A stretch of 64,000 nucleotides of DNA, from the NCBI GenBank assembly GCA_964187785.1, contig OZ076409.1, positions 16,494,001 to 16,558,000 of the forward strand. Direction: 5' to 3'. How positions within the stretch are numbered: position 1 is the first letter of the stretch; every line of letters begins with the position of its first letter. The notes under the pieces are model-generated. The model did no database searches, was not told the origin of the DNA, and saw only the letters and a list, made by a program, of their open reading frames with translations. Below, piece after piece: positions 10,170 to 20,375 of the stretch. A program made the translations under genes and the position numbers. Origin of the DNA: Amphiscolops sp. MND2022 (taxonomy: Eukaryota).

Positions 10170-13100
10170 ATGAATTTGTGTTCATTCAATTGTAGGGGAC
10201 TTAAAGATCCAAATCGGCTTAGCAAGGTAATAAGTATATGCCAAAGTTCTGGTGTTCAGTTACAGAACATGGTATTGAATATTCAAGAAACGAAAATTGA
10301 AAGCCTGACAAAAGGTCATCTCAAAATCTTAGAATACTTTGATTTGAACTATGAAATAGTCCCAGCTGTGAATCAAGCAGGTGGACTTATTACTATTTTC
10401 CCAAAGTGTTGGAGTGTCAAAAAAGTCTATAAATCAGCAGGCTTGATGTTTTTGGATTTTCAAAACGTTTTAGGACTTTTTGTGAACGTATACATAAACC
10501 CATTAGATTACTCGCTGGAACATTTCAATGTTGGTTTTTCTAAACTTGATGCAGAAAAATGTGAGAAAATATATCTTTCTGGGGACCTCAATGCTCTTGC
10601 ATCAAGGGAATGCTCCACTAACCCCAACATTATGTCCAATGACATCCGTTTGATTCGTTTTCGCAAAATTGTGATGAAATTGTTTTCAATTCATTTAAAT
10701 CATATACAACCTGCTCCTGGATCTGACATTTTTACTCATTTTGATAAACGCACAGGCTCACTGAATCAAATTGATCATTTTTTCACTACCGATTGCTCGT
10801 ACTTTTTTGATACAAAAAACATTGCTTTCAGTGATCATAGATTGCTGATTTTGAGGAATGTAGACGATAGTTTCTTTTGCCCCAGCTATTGGAAATTCAA
10901 TGACAACGTACTTCAACATCATGTTGTGATTCAAGAGATCATCCGTGCGAGTTGTAACTCTGTTGATGAGCTTGATAGCTATGACACCTCAAAAAATTTA
11001 ATTAGAGACAAACTGAGATCACTCTGTATTCAGTGCGCCCGTGTAGAAAATCATGAAGAAAGTGCAATAATAAAAGAAATTAGACAAATTGAAAACGCAA
11101 TATGTCAGGCAGGTTCCAACGAAGTTTTATTAAGACAGTTGTCTCACTTCAATAGTCAACTTTTAATGATACAAAATTTGAAAGCCAGAAAAGATTTGAG
11201 ACAAATTAAAAATTTTTTCACAGATTTTCATCATGGAGATCCTCATACAGTTAAAAAACATGTGAAACGAAAACGAATGAAATCCCGAATTACTGCAATT
11301 AAAATAAACGAATCAGAAATATCTTATGATGAGGAGAAAATTCACCAGGAGTTTGTTCATCATTTCACAGAACGTTTTTCAAAGCCTCGTCTGACACATG
11401 AACAATTTGTTCAAAGTTCTCTTTTGAAAAATCAAGCTCTTAGTGACTTCTGCTCTAAAAACACTCAAAATATTCAAGATATTAGAAATTTATGTTCAAC
11501 AAGACAGGAAATTATGGAACAAGAAGTTAAACAGGCCATTAGAAAATTGAATTCAGAAAGCGCTCCAGGCTTGGATGGTCTGACTTCAAATTTTTATAAA
11601 GCCCATGCCGATTTTTTTGTCCCTTACCTAACTAAAGTGTTCAATCTTGTGCAGAATCAACAAAGGGTTCCTGAGTCCTTTAGGAATGCCGTAGTGAAAT
11701 TTATTCCAAAAAAAGAAACATCAGATTCAGTTGAAGATTATCGTCCAATTAGCTTGATAAATACAGATCAAAAAATTCTCTCTCATGTTCTGACTGCTCG
11801 TTTGATTGATCCGCTGTCAAAAATTATAGGTGTCCATCAAAGTGCTCATCTACCCAATCGTAACATTCATTCATCACTCATGAAAATAAATCTCAATCTG
11901 GAAACACTTGAAGATTCTGACTGCTTAGTTGCAGTAGACTTTAGCAAAGCGTTTGACAGGATTGATCGACGTTTTCTTTTTTTATTGCTCCAAGCAATAG
12001 GAATAGACGATATTACTTTGAAGTTAATCAAGGCTATGTATGAAAAAACAATAGCTTTTCTAGACATAAATGGATATCTTTCAACACCAGTGCAAATGGA
12101 AAACGGAGTCAGGCAAGGTTGTCCAATGTCAGCCCTTTTGTTTGATCTAGGTGTAGAACCTGTTTTACAATGTATTCGAGACTCTAATACTATTCTTTCA
12201 AACTCAATTTTCAAGGTAATTGCCTATGCGGATGATTTAACATGCTGCATTAAAAAGGAATCTTTTGATCAACTGATGGACACTTTGAATTGGTTTTCTC
12301 AAATAACTAATCTCGTTCTTAATCATGCTAAAACTGAGATTCTCTGTCCTTCACAGTTTGACAATGGGATCACAACTAAAGAGACTGCAAAAATTTTGGG
12401 TGTCACTTTCGAAGTGGGAAATCCTAAGATTGATATGTCTTCAATGACTTCCTATGCTGAAAAATCTCGCTTCTTCTGCAACAAATTCAATACGTTTGTT
12501 GCTCGTGCGAAAAATATTGACACTTTTGTAATGCAAAAACTTATTCATCAAGTTAGGCACAAAACTGCACTCAAACGACAGTTAGAAACTTTGGACAACA
12601 TCTTTGTTGATTCAATTTGGTTGGGACGAAAGCACAACCTGAAAAAATCGGTGCTTCAAAAATCTTGGTCAGCAATGGGAATAGCGCTGAAAAACTTCAC
12701 CAAAACTATTACATCGTCAAAAATAATTGACTTGAAAAATTTTTTAGGAGAAGATTTGACTGGGTCATTTTTTGAAATGTATCGTAAAACTTCGCATTAC
12801 AAAAATCTAATTAATCTAGTAAGGACTTTCAATTGCACGCTTCATATTAATCAAGGGAATCAGATCCACTTACTTAAAGGAGAAGAGATTAAAGATTTGA
12901 CTTTGTCAATGCGCACGAAAGAAATCTACAAGTTTCTTTCGGACTCAGATAATTCGGACGCTCTTCAGCGGATAACGAAAATTTCTTCGAAAATTTGCTA
13001 TCCCCCCGAACACATTTATACCTTCATTCGCCAACTTTGGAAACACCCAAGTTATGCTGCGTTTGAGAAGAACTATTTATATCAATTCCTAATGAATTGT

Positions 13101-13403
13101 TATCTAGATAAACCCAAAAAATGTGAACTTGGATGGGTTTTTGATTGTTTCTGTTGCTTTTGTGGATCAGCTGAGGAATCCCATAGTCATCTTTTGTTTG
13201 AATGTACAAATGTGCCTAACTTGAATTTTTTTCAAGTGACACAATCAATAAACTTGAGTTTTTTAGACCCAGGGGACATATATCCATTTAAAAGACTGAT
13301 TGCTCTGCTTTTGTCGTCTTGGAGTGGAGATAGCTCCAAGTTCCAGAAATATTTCCTTGATTGCATAAATCTCAGGAACCCTTCCCACTTCAATTCTCTG
13401 TAA
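10170..13403 (+). CDS. Family A ORF2: APE endonuclease + reverse transcriptase + C-terminal CCHC
   Basis: FNCRGL, IQETK, GDLN, SDH; APGLDG, RPISLINTDQKI, DFSKAFD, GVRQGCP, YADD; CCFC-x8-H-x4-C. Confidence 0.97.
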   Translation: MNLCSFNCRGLKDPNRLSKVISICQSSGVQLQNMVLNIQETKIESLTKGHLKILEYFDLNYEIVPAVNQAGGLITIFPKCWSVKKVYKSAGLMFLDFQNVLGLFVNVYINPLDYSLEHFNVGFSKLDAEKCEKIYLSGDLNALASRECSTNPNIMSNDIRLIRFRKIVMKLFSIHLNHIQPAPGSDIFTHFDKRTGSLNQIDHFFTTDCSYFFDTKNIAFSDHRLLILRNVDDSFFCPSYWKFNDNVLQHHVVIQEIIRASCNSVDELDSYDTSKNLIRDKLRSLCIQCARVENHEESAIIKEIRQIENAICQAGSNEVLLRQLSHFNSQLLMIQNLKARKDLRQIKNFFTDFHHGDPHTVKKHVKRKRMKSRITAIKINESEISYDEEKIHQEFVHHFTERFSKPRLTHEQFVQSSLLKNQALSDFCSKNTQNIQDIRNLCSTRQEIMEQEVKQAIRKLNSESAPGLDGLTSNFYKAHADFFVPYLTKVFNLVQNQQRVPESFRNAVVKFIPKKETSDSVEDYRPISLINTDQKILSHVLTARLIDPLSKIIGVHQSAHLPNRNIHSSLMKINLNLETLEDSDCLVAVDFSKAFDRIDRRFLFLLLQAIGIDDITLKLIKAMYEKTIAFLDINGYLSTPVQMENGVRQGCPMSALLFDLGVEPVLQCIRDSNTILSNSIFKVIAYADDLTCCIKKESFDQLMDTLNWFSQITNLVLNHAKTEILCPSQFDNGITTKETAKILGVTFEVGNPKIDMSSMTSYAEKSRFFCNKFNTFVARAKNIDTFVMQKLIHQVRHKTALKRQLETLDNIFVDSIWLGRKHNLKKSVLQKSWSAMGIALKNFTKTITSSKIIDLKNFLGEDLTGSFFEMYRKTSHYKNLINLVRTFNCTLHINQGNQIHLLKGEEIKDLTLSMRTKEIYKFLSDSDNSDALQRITKISSKICYPPEHIYTFIRQLWKHPSYAAFEKNYLYQFLMNCYLDKPKKCELGWVFDCFCCFCGSAEESHSHLLFECTNVPNLNFFQVTQSINLSFLDPGDIYPFKRLIALLLSSWSGDSSKFQKYFLDCINLRNPSHFNSL

Positions 13404-13563
13404 CGAAACGTCTTTGATGATATGTTGAATATCATGGTAATACCACTGAAATTCTGTACGATTTAACATTAAACATGAAACATTGTATTGGCTGATGGTT
13501 GTAATGATTGTTCTTATTGAAAGTTGATTGATGAAAAATTGACTCGTAAATATAGTCTTTGAA

Positions 13564-13672
13564 AGCCTAATTGTTGTGATAAACTTATTAAATAGGTAAG
13601 TATTCCAACCCTATTGATAAGTTTTATTTGAAAGCAGACTGCGAAAGTGGTCTGCTGCCCAATTTTTTGAAC
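13564..13672 (+). ncRNA. Complete SL RNA sequence regenerated by the TSD downstream of element A (native upstream region displaced)
   Basis: Full SL sequence begins directly after the element 3' end. Confidence 0.75.
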
Positions 13673-13791
13673 AAGGAACAAGCTAGTCTGCACTAACTTA
13701 AAAGTTACGCGTATTTTGACCGAGAAAATTTTCGTATCATTGTACGTAATTTTGTTGTTAAGCATATAAAGCTATTGATTTTACAATGATC

Positions 13792-13910
13792 GGCTACGAC
13801 CATACCATGTTGAATGCACCGGTTCTCGTCCGATCACCGAAGTTAAACAACATAGGGCCTGGTTAGTACTTGGATGGGAGACCGCTTGGGAACACCAGGT
13901 GTTGTAGCCT
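13792..13910 (+). rRNA. 5S rRNA
   Basis: Copy of 625-743. Confidence 0.98.
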
Positions 13911-14468
13911 TTTTTGTCAGAAATGTGGTTTAACTTCGGTGACAGTTTTGCAAAAGGGGTCAAATTGAAAAGATAGCAAAAAACGGACAACGCCATTAGA
14001 AAGAGCGTCCAAAAAAACCCCCATGCTGAAATTTTCGCCGCCATCACTTGAATTTTCATTGAGTTATGTCATTTTTACTATTTTCACAAAATGTGGTTTA
14101 ACTTCGGTGACAGTTTTGCAAAAGGGGTCAAAATGAACAGATAGCAAAAAACGGACAACGGCATTGGAAAGAGGGCCCAAAATTACCCCTAAAACGTGTT
14201 TTTCACACTCCTGAGTCGACTTTTGATAATACATGGAATTTCATTTTTAAGCTTACTAATTTATGCTTTTCAGCATACATTTTCGTAATAGAGTCAAAAT
14301 TTTGCTTTCTCACAATTTTTCTGGAATATTTTTGTTTCATCAGATGTCAATAACTTGAAACGTCGTCTTTTCATGAGAATTTCTCCTCAAAACAAGTTGT
14401 TGGCTGGTAATGGTAAGTCCGTACCGCAGATAGGAGTCTCGCGCTCCAAAAATTGACTCTTTGCTTTT

Positions 14469-14577
14469 AGCCTAATTGTTGTGATAAACTTATTAAATAG
14501 GTAAGTATTCCAACCCTATTGATAAGTTTTATTTGAAAGCAGACTGCGAAAGTGGTCTGCTGCCCAATTTTTCGAAC
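14469..14577 (+). ncRNA. Putative SL RNA gene (Sm variant AATTTTTCGA)
   Basis: Copy of 398-505. Confidence 0.8.
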
Positions 14578-14696
14578 AAGGAACAAGCTAGTCTGCACTA
14601 ACTTAAAAGTTACGCGTATTTTGACCGAGAAAATTTTCGTATCATTGTACGTAATTTTGTTGTTAAGCATATAAAGCTATTGATTTTACAATGATC

Positions 14697-14815
14697 GGCT
14701 ACGACCATACCATGTTGAATGCACCGGTTCTCGTCCGATCACCGAAGTTAAACAACATAGGGCCTGGTTAGTACTTGGATGGGAGACCGCTTGGGAACAC
14801 CAGGTGTTGTAGCCT
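14697..14815 (+). rRNA. 5S rRNA
   Basis: Copy of 625-743. Confidence 0.98.
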
Positions 14816-15373
14816 TTTTTGTCAGAAATGTGGTTTAACTTCGGTGACAGTTTTGCAAAAGGGGTCAAAATGAACAGATAGCAAAAAACGGTCAACGGCA
14901 TTGGAAAGAGCGTCCAAAAAAACCCCCATGCTGAAATTTTCGCCGCCATCACTTGAATTTTCATTGAGTTATGTCATTTTTACTATTTTCACAAAATGTG
15001 GTTTAACTTCGGTGACAGTTTTGCAAAAGGGGTCAAAATGAACAGATAGCAAAAAACGGACAACGGCATTGGAAAGAGGGCCCAAAATTACCCCTAAAAC
15101 GTGTTTTTCACACTCCTGAGTCGACTTTTGATAATACATGGAATTTCATTTTTAAGCTTACTAATTTATGCTTTTCAGCATACATTTTCGTAATAGAGTC
15201 AAAATTTTGCTTTCTCACAATTTTTCTGGAATATTTTTGTTTCATCAGATGTCAATAACTTGAAACGTCGTCTTTTCATGAGAATTTCTCCTCAAAACAA
15301 GTTGTTGGCTGGTAATGGTAAGTCCGTACCGCAGATAGGAGTCTCGCGCTCCAAAAATTGACTCTTTGCTTTT

Positions 15374-15482
15374 AGCCTAATTGTTGTGATAAACTTATTA
15401 AATAGGTAAGTATTCCAACCCTATTGATAAGTTTTATTTGAAAGCAGACTGCGAAAGTGGTCTGCTGCCCAATTTTTCGAAC
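15374..15482 (+). ncRNA. Putative SL RNA gene (Sm variant)
   Basis: Copy of 398-505. Confidence 0.8.
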
Positions 15483-15601
15483 AAGGAACAAGCTAGTCTG
15501 CACTAACTTAAAAGTTACGCGTATTTTGACCGAGAAAATTTTCGTATCATTGTACGTAATTTTGTTGTTAAGCATATAAAGCTATTGATTTTACAATGAT
15601 C

Positions 15602-15720
15602 GGCTACGACCATACCATGTTGAATGCACCGGTTCTCGTCCGATCACCGAAGTTAAACAACATAGGGCCTGGTTAGTACTTGGATGGGAGACCGCTTGGG
15701 AACACCAGGTGTTGTAGCCT
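15602..15720 (+). rRNA. 5S rRNA
   Basis: Copy of 625-743. Confidence 0.98.
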
Positions 15721-16278
15721 TTTTTGTCAGAAATGTGGTTTAACTTCGGTGACAGTTTTGCAAAAGGGGTCAAAATGAACAGATAGCAAAAAACGGTCAA
15801 CGGCATTGGAAAGAGCGTCCAAAAAAACCCCCATGCTGAAATTTTCGCCGCCATCACTTGAATTTTCATTGAGTTATGTCATTTTTACTATTTTCACAAA
15901 ATGTGGTTTAACTTCGGTGACAGTTTTGCAAAAGGGGTCAAAATGAACAGATAGCAAAAAACGGACAACGGCATTGGAAAGAGGGCCCAAAATTACCCCT
16001 AAAACGTGTTTTTCACACTCCTGAGTCGACTTTTGATAATACATGGAATTTCATTTTTAAGCTTACTAATTTATGCTTTTCAGCATACATTTTCGTAATA
16101 GAGTCAAAATTTTGCTTTCTCACAATTTTTCTGGAATATTTTTGTTTCATCAGATGTCAATAACTTGAAACGTCGTCTTTTCATGAGAATTTCTCCTCAA
16201 AACAAGTTGTTGGCTGGTAATGGTAAGTCCGTACCGCAGATAGGAGTCTCGCGCTCCAAAAATTGACTCTTTGCTTTT

Positions 16279-16387
16279 AGCCTAATTGTTGTGATAAACT
16301 TATTAAATAGGTAAGTATTCCAACCCTATTGATAAGTTTTATTTGAAAGCAGACTGCGAAAGTGGTCTGCTGCCCAATTTTTCGAAC
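16279..16387 (+). ncRNA. Putative SL RNA gene (Sm variant)
   Basis: Copy of 398-505. Confidence 0.8.
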
Positions 16388-16506
16388 AAGGAACAAGCTA
16401 GTCTGCACTAACTTAAAAGTTACGCGTATTTTGACCGAGAAAATTTTCGTATCATTGTACGTAATTTTGTTGTTAAGCATATAAAGCTATTGATTTTACA
16501 ATGATC

Positions 16507-16625
16507 GGCTACGACCATACCATGTTGAATGCACCGGTTCTCGTCCGATCACCGAAGTTAAACAACATAGGGCCTGGTTAGTACTTGGATGGGAGACCGC
16601 TTGGGAACACCAGGTGTTGTAGCCT
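16507..16625 (+). rRNA. 5S rRNA
   Basis: Copy of 625-743. Confidence 0.98.
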
Positions 16626-17183
16626 TTTTTGTCAGAAATGTGGTTTAACTTCGGTGACAGTTTTGCAAAAGGGGTCAAATTGAAAAGATAGCAAAAAACG
16701 GACAACGCCATTAGAAAGAGCGTCCAAAAAAACCCCCATGCTGAAATTTTCGCCGCCATCACTTGAATTTTCATTGAGTTATGTCATTTTTACTATTTTC
16801 ACAAAATGTGGTTTAACTTCGGTGACAGTTTTGCAAAAGGGGTCAAAATGAACAGATAGCAAAAAACGGACAACGGCATTGGAAAGAGGGCCCAAAATTA
16901 CCCCTAAAACGTGTTTTTCACACTCCTGAGTCGACTTTTGATAATACATGGAATTTCATTTTTAAGCTTACTAATTTATGCTTTTCAGCATACATTTTCG
17001 TAATAGAGTCAAAATTTTGCTTTCTCACAATTTTTCTGGAATATTTTTGTTTCATCAGATGTCAATAACTTGAAACGTCGTCTTTTCATGAGAATTTCTC
17101 CTCAAAACAAGTTGTTGGCTGGTAATGGTAAGTCCGTACCGCAGATAGGAGTCTCGCGCTCCAAAAATTGACTCTTTGCTTTT

Positions 17184-17292
17184 AGCCTAATTGTTGTGAT
17201 AAACTTATTAAATAGGTAAGTATTCCAACCCTATTGATAAGTTTTATTTGAAAGCAGACTGCGAAAGTGGTCTGCTGCCCAATTTTTTGAAC
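17184..17292 (+). ncRNA. Putative SL RNA gene
   Basis: Copy of 398-505. Confidence 0.85.
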
Positions 17293-17411
17293 AAGGAACA
17301 AGCTAGTCTGCACTAACTTAAAAGTTACGCGTATTTTGACCGAGAAAATTTTCGTATCATTGTACGTAATTTTGTTGTTAAGCATATAAAGCTATTGATT
17401 TTACAATGATC

Positions 17412-17530
17412 GGCTACGACCATACCATGTTGAATGCACCGGTTCTCGTCCGATCACCGAAGTTAAACAACATAGGGCCTGGTTAGTACTTGGATGGGAG
17501 ACCGCTTGGGAACACCGGGTGTTGTAGCCT
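17412..17530 (+). rRNA. 5S rRNA (A>G at 17517)
   Basis: Copy of 625-743. Confidence 0.97.
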
Positions 17531-18088
17531 TTTTTGTCAGAAATGTGGTTTAACTTCGGTGACAGTTTTGCAAAAGGGGTCAAATTGAAAAGATAGCAAA
17601 AAACGGACAACGCCATTAGAAAGAGCGTCCAAAAAAACCCCCATGCTGAAATTTTCGCCGCCATCACTTGAATTTTCATTGAGTTATGTCATTTTTACTA
17701 TTTTCACAAAATGTGGTTTAACTTCGGTGACAGTTTTGCAAAAGGAGTCAAAATGAACAGATAGCAAAAAACGGACAACGGCATTGGAAAGAGGGCCCAA
17801 AATTACCCCTAAAACGTGTTTTTCACACTCCTGAGTCGACTTTTGATAATACATGGAATTTCATTTTTAAGCTTACTAATTTATGCTTTTCAGCATACAT
17901 TTTCGTAATAGAGTCAAAATTTTGCTTTCTCACAATTTTTCTGGAATATTTTTGTTTCATCAGATGTCAATAACTTGAAACGTCGTCTTTTCATGAGAAT
18001 TTCTCCTCAAAACAAGTTGTTGGCTGGTAATGGTAAGTCCGTACCGCAGATAGGAGTCTCGCGCTCCAAAAATTGACTCTTTGCTTTT

Positions 18089-18197
18089 AGCCTAATTGTT
18101 GTGATAAACTTATTAAATAGGTAAGTATTCCAACCCTATTGATAAGTTTTATTTGAAAGCAGACTGCGAAAGTGGTCTGCTGCCCAATTTTTTGAAC
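18089..18197 (+). ncRNA. Putative SL RNA gene
   Basis: Copy of 398-505. Confidence 0.85.
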
Positions 18198-18316
18198 AAG
18201 GAACAAGCTAGTCTGCACTAACTTAAAAGTTACGCGTATTTTGACCGAGAAAATTTTCGTATCATTGTACGTAATTTTGTTGTTAAGCATATAAAGCTAT
18301 TGATTTTACAATGATC

Positions 18317-18435
18317 GGCTACGACCATACCATGTTGAATGCACCGGTTCTCGTCCGATCACCGAAGTTAAACAACATAGGGCCTGGTTAGTACTTGGAT
18401 GGGAGACCGCTTGGGAACACCAGGTGTTGTAGCCT
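18317..18435 (+). rRNA. 5S rRNA
   Basis: Copy of 625-743. Confidence 0.98.
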
Positions 18436-18993
18436 TTTTTGTCAGAAATGTGGTTTAACTTCGGTGACAGTTTTGCAAAAGGGGTCAAATTGAAAAGATA
18501 GCAAAAAACGGACAACGCCATTAGAAAGAGCGTCCAAAAAAACCCCCATGCTGAAATTTTCGCCGCCATCACTTGAATTTTCATTGAGTTATGTCATTTT
18601 TACTATTTTCACAAAATGTGGTTTAACTTCGGTGACAGTTTTGCAAAAGGAGTCAAAATGAACAGATAGCAAAAAACGGACAACGGCATTGGAAAGAGGG
18701 CCCAAAATTACCCCTAAAACGTGTTTTTCACACTCCTGAGTCGACTTTTGATAATACATGGAATTTCATTTTTAAGCTTACTAATTTATGCTTTTCAGCA
18801 TACATTTTCGTAATAGAGTCAAAATTTTGCTTTCTCACAATTTTTCTGGAATATTTTTGTTTCATCAGATGTCAATAACTTGAAACGTCGTCTTTTCATG
18901 AGAATTTCTCCTCAAAACAAGTTGTTGGCTGGTAATGGTAAGTCCGTACCGCAGATAGGAGTCTCGCGCTCCAAAAATTGACTCTTTGCTTTT

Positions 18994-19102
18994 AGCCTAA
19001 TTGTTGTGATAAACTTATTAAATAGGTAAGTATTCCAACCCTATTGATAAGTTTTATTTGAAAGCAGACTGCGAAAGTGGTCTGCTGCCCAATTTTTTGA
19101 AC
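18994..19102 (+). ncRNA. Putative SL RNA gene
   Basis: Copy of 398-505. Confidence 0.85.
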
Positions 19103-19221
19103 AAGGAACAAGCTAGTCTGCACTAACTTAAAAGTTACGCGTATTTCGACCGAGAAAATTTTCGTATCATTGTACGTAATTTTGTTGTTAAGCATATAAA
19201 GCTATTGATTTTACAATGATC

Positions 19222-19340
19222 GGCTACGACCATACCATGTTGAATGCACCGGTTCTCGTCCGATCACCGAAGTTAAACAACATAGGGCCTGGTTAGTACT
19301 TGGATGGGAGACCGCTTGGGAACACCAGGTGTTGTAGCCT
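19222..19340 (+). rRNA. 5S rRNA
   Basis: Copy of 625-743. Confidence 0.98.
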
Positions 19341-19898
19341 TTTTTGTCAGAAATGTGGTTTAACTTCGGTGACAGTTTTGCAAAAGGGGTCAAATTGAAA
19401 AGATAGCAAAAAACGGACAACGCCATTAGAAAGAGCGTCCAAAAAAACCCCCATGCTGAAATTTTCGCCGCCATCACTTGAATTTTCATTGAGTTATGTC
19501 ATTTTTACTATTTTCACAAAATGTGGTTTAACTTCGGTGACAGTTTTGCAAAAGGGGTCAAAATGAACAGATAGCAAAAAACGGACAACGGCATTGGAAA
19601 GAGGGCCCAAAATTACCCCTAAAACGTGTTTTTCACACTCCTGAGTCGACTTTTGATAATACATGGAATTTCATTTTTAAGCTTACTAATTTATGCTTTT
19701 CAGCATACATTTTCGTAATAGAGTCAAATCTTTGCTTTCTCACAATTTTTCTGGAATATTTTTGTTTCATCAGATGTCAATAACTTGAAACGTCGTCTTT
19801 TCATGAGAATTTCTCCTCAAAACAAGTTGTTGGCTGGTAATGGTAAGTCCGTACCGCAGATAGGAGTCTCGCGCTCCAAAAATTGACTCTTTGCTTTT

Positions 19899-20137
19899 AG
19901 CCTAATTGTTGTGATAAACTTATTAAATAGGTAAGTATTCCAACCTCGGAATATTTCTTGCCTGTTTGAGGTGTTAATCACACATACTTATCAATAGGGC
20001 CCAAAAGCCAGTAACCAAAAACCAGTAACCAATAACCAACCTGTACTTACTGTTTGAAAGGTAAGTATTCCAACCCTATTGATAAGTTTTATTTGAAAGC
20101 AGACTGCGAAAGTGGTCTGCTGCCCAATTTTTCGAAC
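19899..20137 (+). pseudogene. SL RNA gene interrupted by mini-element
   Basis: Split by 19946-20058. Confidence 0.75.
19946..20058 (+). mobile_element. Non-coding SL-targeted mini-element, copy 2, site 2
   Basis: 113 bp; 17-bp TSD AGGTAAGTATTCCAACC 19929-19945/20059-20075. Confidence 0.88.
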
Positions 20138-20256
20138 AAGGAACAAGCTAGTCTGCACTAACTTAAAAGTTACGCGTGTTTTGACCGAGAAAATTTTCGT
20201 ATCATTGTACGTAATTTTGTTGTTAAGCATATAAAGCTATTGATTTTACAATGATC

Positions 20257-20375
20257 GGCTACGACCATACCATGTTGAATGCACCGGTTCTCGTCCGATC
20301 ACCGAAGTTAAACAACATAGGGCCTGGTTAGTACTTGGATGGGAGACCGCTTGGGAACACCAGGTGTTGTAGCCT
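20257..20375 (+). rRNA. 5S rRNA
   Basis: Copy of 625-743. Confidence 0.98.

Larger units (their letters stand above)
8860..13563 (+). mobile_element. Non-LTR retrotransposon family A (L1/Tx1-like, APE-RT), intact ORFs, SL site 1
   Basis: ORF1+ORF2; 16-bp TSD AGCCTAATTGTTGTGA 8844-8859/13564-13579; ends TCTTTGAA. Confidence 0.96.

Noticed and set aside
14467..14670. Repeated 67-aa minus-strand ORF (MLNNKITY...)
   Set aside because: It is antisense to the SL gene, and its presence depends on one T in the Sm tract (absent in the 904-bp units).
20043..20050. TACTTAC resembling the U1 snRNA 5' end
   Set aside because: It is explained by complementarity to the adjacent donor; there is no other U1 sequence.
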